This document shows, one piece after another, positions 31,604 to 42,016 of a stretch of 42,253 nt of DNA. A program made the translations under genes and the position numbers. The notes beneath the pieces were generated by a model. The model had not been told where the DNA came from. It was given only the letters and a program-made list of their open reading frames with translations, and searched no databases. The first letter of the stretch is position 1. Every line of letters begins with the position of its first letter. The stretch comes from Basidiobolus meristosporus CBS 931.73. Its lineage: Eukaryota; Fungi; Basidiobolomycota. The stretch is from positions 1-42,253 of the forward strand of contig MCFE01000720.1 of assembly GCA_002104905.1 (NCBI GenBank), given 5' to 3'.

Positions 31604-34601
31604 GTTGAACTCAGAGTCAGATCGGCTTGATGACTTGTCTTCTTACCAGCCATTCAAGCCGCCACTTTTATACACAACCAGGAATTGGAAGTGCATTAGT
31701 AAAGCTTTACCGATACTGTAGGGCAGTATCGTCCACCCTCCCCCAAATCAGAAAGTATTACCATAAAAGGTATATAGAAGTACATGGTCACCAGGATCGC
31801 CCTCACAAATCTCCGACCACCAAACATCCACAAGAGATCGTGCCAAATGGGGCGGTTGGCGTATGCCAAAATTTACCACTCTTTCCACACCATATCGCTC
31901 TGACAGTGACCATTCTCATACGATAGAGAACACCATTGACCAGACTGGGAGAAGCCGATTGCTATTTGTCATGGGTAGAAAAAGATGCCATCAAGAACTG
32001 GGCAACTTCCGAATTAAGGTCCATATGTTGGACTCTAGCCTGGACTATTCTATTATTGCTAAAGATGTTACCGGTCGCTTGGTTGAAAGTTCCGGTTGAA
32101 TCAATGGTGACTTTTTGCATTTTTCAAAGAGCGCTAAAGGTTGTGTGGGTATCTGTTGTCCCTACCAACATACACTGCTTATTACTGCTGAACTTCATGA
32201 TGTTTATCATGTCAGATCGATTTACCCTGCAGGAACATAACATAATAAACATTTGTTATTCATGAGTACCTTCTACAAGTCCTGATGTGGGAGAGTATGA
32301 AATGACTCTCAGGCAGCTATTTTCGAAGTTATGGACCGAGATTATTTGCCAGTGAATAGTACAAAACCAAACACGGTAAAATGAAGCATGGTCGCTTTTT
32401 CCATATCTATCAGGGTAGTAAGGTCAGGCGTATACCAAATTTATTCCATACGCGCTCGATCCTATTGCAATCAAGTCACATACCTTGAAAATACAGCTCT
32501 TTGTATTGTATTGGCAAAGTAGGCAGTTGAAGTTTGGGCTACTTTGAGACACTAGATGCCTCCCCTCCCTCTAAGTTGGTAGCCAGTGCTGACGACCATA
32601 ATATTGGCCCAAGTTGTGGTTACCTATACAGCCTCTACCCGTAAGAACCTTGAAATCATGTATATTTCAAAGAAAAAACATGCACTTCTGAAAGAGATCT
32701 TTAACACTGTTATTATTGCCAACTCTAACACAGATACTCAGTATGCCTTCCAGTAGATAATTTGAACCTTCCAAAATGACATGACTTGCATATATACCCA
32801 TAGCAACTGTGACACTTTTTACCACTGTCATTGACAGGTGATTGAGAATGTAGAATCTATTTTCCTCGTTGCAATTACTCCGGGAATATCGTGAGAATAT
32901 ATTCTTTGAGCAGTTTCAGTGTGAAAGCCACACATACACACGAAGGGCATGTCACTTCCCTTGCCAGAGTATATCTGTACGATCACAGTCGGTCTAACAT
33001 GCAATGCATTTACGCAAATTATTGTCCAAGTAGCCCGATTATGGCAATGCTAGCAACGAAATTACATTCTTCTGTAGTGCAGGTGCGTTCTCATGTTCAG
33101 TTGTGTGAGAAAAAACCCACTTGAGGAAATTGCATCTAATTCCGTATCTGAGTCTATTGCATCTTTGTTCCTAGCTTTATAGGACCAATAGACAAGTGTC
33201 AGTTGAGCTATCTCCAATCCTATCCTCGCTAACGTGGCAACTTGTAGTGAATGCTCGTCTATGTAACATGTAAGAAAGCATTGCCGTTACCGAGAATCAA
33301 TTATACTAGTCGCGTTTGACCTTCTATGTCGGTAAGTGTCTGGCTTGAGAGCACTTCTGATGCCACTCTGCTGATGACTGTACCGGGTTACATAGACTTT
33401 GCAACATCAGCTCTTTTCTACACATCACCTCTTCTTGGAGAAGTGAGCAGGCATCAAGAATAGGACCATTCATTTCCTCTTGCTTGCTTACAAGTGCCTT
33501 TGGTGGTGTTCTGATATTCCTTTAAGTCAAATCTATTGGGCTTGGATTTGGTCGATTCCTCCGAAATGTCTTTCTGAACCGACAGAGCTCTAATCTGGCA
33601 GCCTCCAACGACGCTCTCAAACCGAAAGAAACAAGATCTGAATCCAGATATATCATGTATCCACGTTATTAGTGAACTCTACTATTCCATAAGTCCAGAG
33701 GCTCTAACTGCAGACAGCAAGAGTGGCCAAATGCTGGATTACCCAGAAATATAGACCATATTCCCTAACCCTATGGCTGTTAATCAGGCCACTTGAGCAG
33801 GGTATGCATCGTTCTTGAATGCGCCTTTATGATCAAGGTGTTGGCTGTAGCCGAACTAGAGTTAAAGACCATGGGGCAGAATCAATGAACGGAAACAGTC
33901 ACCGAATAATCCAAAGTCAGTCCTACAACACATATTACGAAGAACATGTATGCCGATAATCTAAAATCAGCATCCACAAGTGAGGTTGTCCAGTGCGCGT
34001 TCTGTGGAGTCGGAAATAATCCACATAGAACGTTACCTTCCTGCAATTGATCAAAATGTTTAGTGTTGTCCTACTTGAGAGCTCAAAGTTTGGATTAAGT
34101 CCATTTAACCAGATATGTATGGCCAGTTCGACTCAGGGCATGTCATGGTCATCCAGATGGCCTTTTTTGGAACATGGCTTCACCAAAAAGTGCACCAATT
34201 CAGTACTATTGGATGCTTGTCTTACTGCCTTTACCTCTGCCGCTACAGTTCCCAAAAGCGTATGATGCATGCCAGGATACTCCAATCACAACAGAATGAC
34301 ACAAACAAGGATTTCTCAGTGACACGCTCATTGATCAAACAATCTTTAGGGCTGGTAAGGCGTATGAAACTCCATAGAGTGCTGGTTATTGAGACAGTAC
34401 GATTGGTGCTTCATAATCATAATTAGGCAACAAAAGCATGTGGAGATAGTTCGCTATCCTACATTATGCTTCTGCCACCCGGGTTCTAAGCACACCGGCC
34501 AATTACCACTAGTAAATTGATATGACATCAAGGCATCTACATACTTTCCCATCAAAGGTTTTATTCCCATAAATCATAGATCGGGAGTATGTCTGTTGCC
34601 A

Positions 34602-35512
34602 TTATTTCAGAGGGTACCTGATACTGGTGCTGCAAGAGTGGCTACCTTTGAAGCTGTCTGGTACATAAATATCCTTACCTTTGACATGGAAATAAGCCCA
34701 AATTTCGTTGAGTACACCAGATTTACACTTGAAATAGGGAGTAACTCCGAGGTCATTCTTGATAGCATTAGCCATATTCGCTAGAGTGTAGGTTCCCCCG
34801 GGGACAATCCCTGCGGTAGCAAGGGCACCATATAGGTTGTATTTCGCACGGAGGTTTAAAACAGTTTGGAAGTAATCCAGCATATCTTCGTATTTTTGGT
34901 AATTGGTGCCATAGCAGTCTGGATCGAGTGTTGAGACGCAAGTTCCATGTTTACCCCATTCATGCTCCCTATCGAGTCAATGTGTTGGCATCCATTGTCC
35001 CTCTGCAGGAAAGTAATGTGCACATGTCTGCTTACCAAAAGACGCCATTATCTCCATTGTAGGAGGGCCAGTAAACATTCATTAGATCATAGAGACTGCT
35101 ATTGGCGCCTTGTACAATCTGTCCGACGTTGGTATACGCTCTCGACGGATCACAGCCATCAGAGGGTCCTTGCGCACCAGAACTATCATACCACACAGGT
35201 AAGTATTAGGGCTTCAATGCGCAGCTTTAGTGCTTACCAAGTATCCGGCCATAGCCCGTGAAGAGTAAAAGCGTCTTTGGGCCCGTAACCTGGGATCCAC
35301 TAAAGATGACAGAAATGGTTAGTGGCCTGATTACCGGGGTTTCCGTCAATAGATACCTGTTGTGTAAGCACAATTATTCCGTAAGATGGAACGCAACATG
35401 AATCAGCATTCGAGACGGCACAAGAGACTCCATCAATAGGGCAGGATTTTTGAGCAAACACAGTGGCCAAAGATACAAAAGTGCCGAATGCCAAAACGCT
35501 AAAGAGCCTCAT
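34602..35512 (-). CDS. Secreted ribonuclease T2 (RNase Rh-like), 4 exons
   Basis: Signal peptide, SCC..YG..VLTQQ|W; CAS I FTLHGLWPDTC; CAS II FW|EHEWGKHGTC; C-terminal LNEIWAYFHVKG. Confidence 0.95.
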
Positions 35513-36522
35513 TTGCTAAGTGGTTGATAGAAATGATATGCGATGCTTGGTCTTCTGAATGGTATTTTATACGCTTGAAACCGTGTGGTTACCAGGCCTT
35601 GTCACTCGTAAACCACTATTAATATCCGAAAATGAAACCAGTATTGCGCTAAATACGACTGAATATTCACATCTAAGATCCGGCAAAACATATCAGCAGT
35701 ACGGAAATGGTGCTCGTACCAATTAACTATGAACTCTCCTGCAAGAGATGCAATGGTGAAGACAGCCTGTTATGTTTATCCACCAGTAAGTACTCCTTTG
35801 ACCGCGATGGGCCAGTGAACAACAGGCTTGTATCTGGCTCAGGAGCAAAGATGGAAATACAGTACACTGATGAGAATATTCTCTTAAATGTTGAACAAAG
35901 TCACCAGCGAAGTATGGCTATGAGACAAGGCCTTGAACTTACCATTCTATCACGCTTCACTTGTGTTGTGTAGTAGGCGAAATTGCCAACTCTTCAATTA
36001 GGTGATGAACGTTAGAGAGCTATTCTTAGGTAGAATGATTGTATTGATGAGCTGTAATTATTGTGGAACGTATTAAATATATACTTAATTATTAGTGGAC
36101 CAAGCATCGATTGTCCAAAGCTCTGGATTGGACCTTAATATTTATTAATAGAAAAGCCATGATTTTCACGCAAGTACTGAACCACGTGGAATGGGGTTGA
36201 GGAATTTCAAGTCCGGGGACATAGTAGGTTTGAGATGATCCCACGCTTCTGCAAAACCTGGTACAAAATATTGTAGCTGAATTTATACAGGTCTAGTTCC
36301 ACCAATGATCTGAGCATGCACAAAGTAGCTAGTTTGTTTGACTTACGGTTGCATTTCTACTTAGGCATTGGCATAATGATTTGATCAAGTTAATACAAAC
36401 CACAAAAGGGTAATTTACCAGGGTGGAGGGAAAGTCACCAGTATGGTGAATTCTTTATTTTTGCCTAGTAATCATAAAATTACTAAAGCTAGTCAGTCAG
36501 GATTCTAAAGCAAAATACTCTT

Positions 36523-36810
36523 ATGACTGACAACGCTCTTGGCCAAGGAATAAGGGATCTTAGTAAGGGTGTCAAACAGGAATTCCAGTCTACTGCTAAG
36601 AATTTGGATGATGCGGGCAAAGAAATAAAGCAGGGCAACAGCGACACTGAGGTGGTACCTCTCACTAAAGACACTTCAGTGAGCCTGGGACGAAGTGATA
36701 AGCCTGGTGAAGTTTCAGCTGAGCGCGTCAAGCATGGATCCCCGGGAGAGAAGTTAAATCTCACAAAAGGTAACCAGGATATGGTGGGATATATTCACTC
36801 GCGTGATTGA
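36523..36810 (+). CDS. Small hydrophilic hypothetical protein (LEA/hydrophilin-like composition)
   Basis: 95-aa ATG ORF, GC-richer than its flanks, rich in charged residues and Gly (QGIRDLSKGVKQEFQSTAKNLDDAGKEIKQG). Confidence 0.45.
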   Translation: MTDNALGQGIRDLSKGVKQEFQSTAKNLDDAGKEIKQGNSDTEVVPLTKDTSVSLGRSDKPGEVSAERVKHGSPGEKLNLTKGNQDMVGYIHSRD

Positions 36811-37493
36811 TAGTTTATTACAAGTCTTAGCAACTATATGCTTATGATGAATAAACCTGATTTGAATATCTGCGTGACGCTCTTTGCTCTGCAGGTAAAG
36901 AAAGAAAAATTTATATTCTATTTTTATGATCCTCTTTTGTTGGAAGACCTTGAAATGAGGTAGAGCACATCTTATTTGATTACCTTACTTTACACTGGAG
37001 TATAACTCTTTTGCAAATTTTAGTGCACTCGCATCCCTTGGCTGACAAGCCAATGGGGCGAAGCTACCATCTGTCGGATTATGGCTGAACGCCTCTAAGT
37101 CAGAATCCGTGCTAGAAGGCGACGATGCTTACCTTCTCCATATTTAGATGAATACAAATAGAGTACTCTGGTAGTGCTCCGGTATCCTAACAGGGGGACG
37201 TTAGCCAAGTAGTGGAAGTGCTGCTTGGTGAGTTCCTGAATTGTAATTTCAAATATTGGAGAGGATAAATCCTTTGCAGACAACTTAAATAAGGAACGGG
37301 GTATTGTAGGCAGTAGAGTAGCCTTGTTGCTACAATCTGCTGAGATTAAGCCTTTTGTTCTTCAGGTGGAGAGTACTTTCGGGGTTGGATATATCTGCGC
37401 TGATGGTTTACTTTGCCAAGATTCAATTCCTTGGGGAGCAGTATAATTTTTATTTGGGGGGTTTGAGATGATTGGGGGGATGGGATTGAGGAT

Positions 37494-38145
37494 GGGGGGG
37501 GAGACAGTCACCAACAGGTGAAATCTTTATTTCAGTTGAAACAAAGAAGCCAGCGCTACTGTTGTAGCTTTGATACAAGAGTGTGTAGCTGAGGGGAATT
37601 TGTAGGTAAGTTAATAAGAAGTGATGATAGTTCTTCAGTGCTCAAGACACTGTTCAGTGGGAAGGGGGGTAGCAAGAGAGGTAAGAATGACTTGTCAACA
37701 ACATTAATGGGGGGGAATGTGATAAGGATTGATATTCATCATAAAGGGAGTGTGCTGCTGCAGATATTGCTGCCAAAGGTCTGTCAAGTACTTCAGGTAG
37801 GCCAGCTTGGGTTTTTCTGACTGCAGAATAAATTGAGCAAGCTTCTTGACTTCAGGATCTCCAAGTATAGTTCTCCAGCAGGAGCCTGGTGTAGTGTGGT
37901 GTGTTCTCTTCCAGGCCTTGAATCAGTGGGTTGTTGCAGTTGTGAAGTCTGAGGTATAATCTGGTTCTAAGGTAGAGAAGTCTGATCTTATAGGGCATAA
38001 ACCCAAAAGCACCAAGAATAGCATGTCTGTAGGGGCATTCAGGCAAATGAGGCACCAAGGAGGTAATGCACCATACTGCAAACTTGTCAAGCTTAGTGCA
38101 GTCTCTAGAAGTAAGAGAGAGAAGTGGTAAGCCAAATTCCAGGAC
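37494..38145 (-). mobile_element. Telomere-associated retroelement unit A, copy 1 (5'-truncated, frameshifted RT C-terminus)
   Basis: VLEFGLPLLSLTSRDCTKLDKFAVWCI...MPYKIRLLYLRTRLYLRL resembles the non-LTR RT thumb region (P.LEYG...). Highly similar to 41408-42016 but carries two +1 indels. The 3' end is an 8-C run; the 5' end abuts degenerate TTAGGG at 38146. Confidence 0.8.
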
Positions 38146-38190
38146 TTAGGGTGTAGGTGTTATAGTAAGGGCTAGGAAAAGGTCAGAAGA

Positions 38191-38260
38191 GCAGGGGGTC
38201 TGGGGGACGCAGTCCCCTAGAGAATAAAAAAGCAGGGGGTTTGGGGGATGCAATCCCCCA
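38191..38260 (+). other. Two tandem GC-rich hairpins with GCA triloops
   Basis: GGGGAC-GCA-GTCCCC(TAG) and TGGGGGAT-GCA-ATCCCCCA, each preceded by GCAGGGGGT. Confidence 0.7.
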
Positions 38261-38788
38261 TACTGCTCCCATACTCTTTAAATTCCTGTTGGATTACTTT
38301 ACTCTCATTCTTGGTTCTGGTCCCTTAGGGTTAGAATTCCTCCTCCTAACCCTTATCACCCTAACCATAAATATTTTTACCCTACAATTGGCACATTGTC
38401 TGCTGATATAGTGGGCATGTCTGGGCCAATATTTGTCTCCCTATACTGTCCATATGCTCTGTATAAGTCTTGATGACTATTTAATTAATAAATTGTTACT
38501 TTTAATGTATATCTAATAATTAATGGGATTCATCCCAATCTGGCCACAATCCCATATTTTGGTAAGCTTTGGGTACCATAAATTGTGTGGCCCTAATATG
38601 ATAAAAAAATTCATGGCCAATACAAATTTTCTGTAACCCAATTGCTTTTACCAAATATAAAGTGTATCCCAAAGCTCAATATATATTATGGCTATAATAG
38701 AGACTTTATTTGACACCATTGCAACTACTACTTATGTTCTATGCGCACATGTATCCCGTGGGAATTGTAAAACTTAGCCATGTGGTAC

Positions 38789-39106
38789 AAAAGTGCTTTT
38801 ATTTTTCATCATGATAGTTTTACATGAGTTCCTAACGCACTTTGAAAGTACGCAGTAGCCATACCCCAACAGGTTTTAAGGATGTCTACTAGATACATCT
38901 ACTTGTGTCTAGCAGGAGCCATCAATCATCAGCCATGCGGTAATAAAGTGCTTTTATTTTTCATCATGATAGTTTTACATGAGTCCCTAACGCACTTTTA
39001 TAGTGCGCGGTAACCATACCCCAACAGGTTTTAAGGATACCCACTTGCTACGTTTACTTGTGTCTAGCGGGAGTTATCAATCATCAGCCACGCAGTAATA
39101 AAGTGC
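38789..39106. repeat. 155-bp subtelomeric tandem repeat (~2.1 copies), cut off by telomeric repeats
   Basis: AAAGTGCTT anchors at ~38790, 38945 and 39100. The third copy stops after AAGTGC and continues as TTAGGGTTAGGG. Confidence 0.9.
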
Positions 39107-39159
39107 TTAGGGTTAGGGGGGGAGACAGTCTTAGGGCTAGGGTTAGGGGTTAGGGGGGG
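39107..39159 (+). repeat. Interstitial telomeric tract containing an 8-nt stub of unit A
   Basis: TTAGGGTTAGGGGGGG-AGACAGTC-TTAGGGCTAGGGTTAGGGGTTAGGGGGGG. Confidence 0.9.
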
Positions 39160-39245
39160 ATGATCATCACCAAAGGGTGAAATCTTTATTTAAATAATAA
39201 ATAAAGAAGCCAAATTTGAATATGAATATCTGAGATGCAGGAAGC

Positions 39246-40043
39246 CTACAAGATAAACTTGGACTTTGCTGTATCCCAAATATCCTCAATATCAAAGTCT
39301 AGAGGAGAGTGTAGCAAGACTGCTTGTTCACTGTAGTATTTCTTGAGGAAGTTTGTGACTTGAAGGGAAGGAGAGTTTTTCAACAAGCTGGTAAATCTTT
39401 TGAGGAGTTCTTTTTCTAGAGAGAATGGCACAAAGAGTGGAATGTCTAAATGATGTCTGAATATATGCTCTGAGAGCTCCCAATCCAGCATATTTTTGAC
39501 TTCTTCTGTAAAATCTTCAACAATATCTTTGTCAAGAATAACTTCCAAGAGATCCCTGGCAATGTACTGAATGTTAATAATCTTAGGCATATGAATACCT
39601 AGGTCCTTGAGGTAGTTTCTTTGTTCTGATATTGGGAGATATCCTGCATTTCTGAAATAGCAAACAGCCCAGTTGGCAGTAGGAGTATCAGGGCTGACAG
39701 GGAATCTTCTTCTGGCTTTAAAGTGCACTGGCTTAGGAGACTGTCTTGATGGAAGGGCAGCTGGATTTGGATGAGCTTGAAGTGCTTGGGAGTAGGTTTG
39801 AGTACAAGTAGTAGAAGTTCCTGGTTGCTGAGAATTTTCAGATTGACTGGATGAAGAGCTAATTGAGGGGCTACAAGGTAAGGAAGAAGCTGAAAGAGAA
39901 GTGGAGAGGGCTGGGTGAAGTTCAGAAAGAGTTTTGAAAAGAATTTGGATCTGAGATTTCAACATTGAGTTTTCAGATTCAAGAAGAGAAACTCTTTGTT
40001 CAAGGTAAGAAGTCTGTAAAGAGTGAAAGTTGGGTAAAGACAT
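39246..40043 (-). CDS. ORF1/gag-like protein: N-terminal coiled coil, S/Q/P linker, RRM-like C-terminal domain (inferred)
   Basis: Intact 265-aa ORF in CpG-free DNA; heptad LEQRVSLLESENSMLKSQIQIL; TATAAAT ~100 nt upstream. Confidence 0.75.
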   Translation of the reverse strand: MSLPNFHSLQTSYLEQRVSLLESENSMLKSQIQILFKTLSELHPALSTSLSASSLPCSPSISSSSSQSENSQQPGTSTTCTQTYSQALQAHPNPAALPSRQSPKPVHFKARRRFPVSPDTPTANWAVCYFRNAGYLPISEQRNYLKDLGIHMPKIINIQYIARDLLEVILDKDIVEDFTEEVKNMLDWELSEHIFRHHLDIPLFVPFSLEKELLKRFTSLLKNSPSLQVTNFLKKYYSEQAVLLHSPLDFDIEDIWDTAKSKFIL

Positions 40044-40087
40044 GGAAGTAGTAAATAAGAAGAAAGGAGTAGTTGGGGTGGGAGGGT

Positions 40088-41404
40088 GGGAAAATAGGTA
40101 AGAAGAAAAGAGAGGAAAGATCTGAAATTGAAAATCTCAGAATTTATAGATGGATGGACAAGGGTAGAGGATTGATTAATCCAGGGTTAGGGAAAAATAG
40201 GTAAGAAGAAAAGAGAGGGGGAAAAATAGGTAAGAAGAAAAGAGAGGAAAGATCTGAAATTGAAAATCTCAGAATTTATAGATGGATGGACAAGGGTAGA
40301 GGATTGATTAATCCAGGGTTAGGGAAAAATAGGTAAGAAGAAAAGAGAGGGGGAAAAATAGGTAAGAAGAAAAGAGAGGAAAGATCTGAAATTGAAAATC
40401 TCAGAATTTATAGATGGATGGACAAGGGTAGAGGATTGATTAATCCAGGGTTAGGGAAAAATAGGTAAGAAGAAAAGAGAGGGGAAAAATAGGTAAGAAG
40501 AAAAGAGAGGAAAGATCTGAAATTGAAAATCTCAGAATTTATAGATGGATGGACAAGGGTAGAGGATTGATTAATCCAGGGTTAGGGAAAAATAGGTAAG
40601 AAGAAAAGAGAGGGGGAAAAATAGGTAAGAAGAAAAGAGAGGAAAGATCTGAAATTGAAAATCTCAGAATTTATAGATGGATGGACAAGGGTAGAGGATT
40701 GATTAATCCAGGGTTAGGGAAAAATAGGTAAGAAGAAAAGAGAGGGGGAAAAATAGGTAAGAAGAAAAGAGAGGAAAGATCTGAAATTGAAAATCTCAGA
40801 ATTTATAGATGGATGGACAAGGGTAGAGGATTGATTAATCCAGGGTTAGGGAAAAATAGGTAAGAAGAAAAGAGAGGGGGAAAAATAGGTAAGAAGAAAA
40901 GAGAGGAAAGATCTGAAATTGAAAATCTCAGAATTTATAGATGGATGGACAAGGGTAGAGGATTGATTAATCCAGGGTTAGGGAAAAATAGGTAAGAAGA
41001 AAAGAGAGGGGGAAAAATAGGTAAGAAGAAAAGAGAGGAAAGATCTGAAATTGAAAATCTCAGAATTTATAGATGGATGGACAAGGGTAGAGGATTGATT
41101 AATCCAGGGTTAGGGAAAAATAGGTAAGAAGAAAAGAGAGGGGAAAAATAGGTAAGAAGAAAAGAGAGGAAAGATCTGAAATTGAAAATCTCAGAATTTA
41201 TAGATGGATGGACAAGGGTAGAGGATTGATTAATCCAGGGTTAGGGAAAAATAGGTAAGAAGAAAAGAGAGGGGAAAAATAGGTAAGAAGAAAAGAGAGG
41301 AAAGATCTGAAATTGAAAATCTCAGAATTTATAGATGGATGGACAAGGGTAGAGGATTGATTAATCCAGGGTTAGGGAAAAATAGGTAAGAAGAAAAGAG
41401 AGGG
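40088..41404. repeat. Subtelomeric tandem array, ~10 x 131-132 bp, each with AGGGTTAGGG, a GGATT/AATCC hairpin and a minus-strand TATAAAT
   Basis: GATCTG anchors at 40119, 40251, 40383, 40514, 40646, 40778, 40910, 41042, 41173 and 41304. Units differ only in G-run length. Not a CRISPR array (no unique spacers). Confidence 0.97.
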
Positions 41405-41407
41405 TTA

Positions 41408-42016
41408 GGGGGGGGGGGAGACAGTCACCAACAGGTGAAATCTTTATTTCAGTTGAAACAAAGAAGCCAGCGCTACTGTTGTAGCTTTGATACAAGAGTG
41501 TGTAGCTGAGGGGAATTTGTAGGTAAGTTAATAAGAAGTGATGATAGCTCTTCAGTGCTCAAGACACTGTTCAGTGGGAAGGGGGGTAGCAAGAGAGGTA
41601 AGAATGACTTGTGAACAACATTAATGAGGGGAATGTGATAAGGATTGATATTCATCATAAATGGAGTGTGCTGCTGCAGATATTGCTGCCAAAGGTCTGT
41701 CAAGTATTTCAGGTAGGCCAGCTTGGGTTTTTCTGACTGCAGAATAAAGTGAGCAAACTTCTTGACTTCAGGATCTCCAAGTATAGTTCTCCAGCAGGAG
41801 CCAGGTGTTGTGTGGTGTGTTCTCTTCCAGGCCTTAATCAGTGGGTTGTTGCAGTTGTGAAGTCTGAGGTATAATCTGGTTCTAAGGTAGAGAAGTCTGA
41901 TCTTATAGGGCATAAACCCAAAAGCACCAAGAATAGCATGTCTGTAGGGGCATTCAGGCAAATGAGGCACCAAGGAGGTAATGCACCATACTGCAAACTT
42001 GTCAAGCTTAGTGCAG
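41408..42016 (-). mobile_element. Telomere-associated retroelement unit A, copy 2 (terminal, 5'-truncated, ORF open up to the telomere)
   Basis: ORF 41473-~42016 is uninterrupted and matches copy 1 until GCTTAGTGCAGT, then switches to AGGGTTAGGG. The 3' end is joined via TTA+G11. Confidence 0.85.

Larger units (their letters stand above)
39153..41404 (-). mobile_element. Telomere-associated unit B: ORF1-only element with tandem 5' promoter-like repeats
   Basis: 3' end shares the two hairpins and oligo-C of unit A; single 265-aa ORF; 5' region of ten 131-132-bp monomers. Confidence 0.75.

Noticed and set aside
31863-34426. Several 70-110 aa ORFs between the AA7 and RNase T2 genes
   Set aside because: No recognisable motifs, splice pattern or consistent frame; may hide decayed genes but unsupported.
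40088-41404. CRISPR-like appearance of the 132-bp array (and the 33-bp array)
   Set aside because: No unique spacers, no cas genes, eukaryotic context.
37494-41470. Hammerhead ribozyme as in Penelope/Terminon pLTRs
   Set aside because: No CTGATGA...GAAA core with flanking stems found by eye; the RT fragment looks LINE-like rather than PLE-like.
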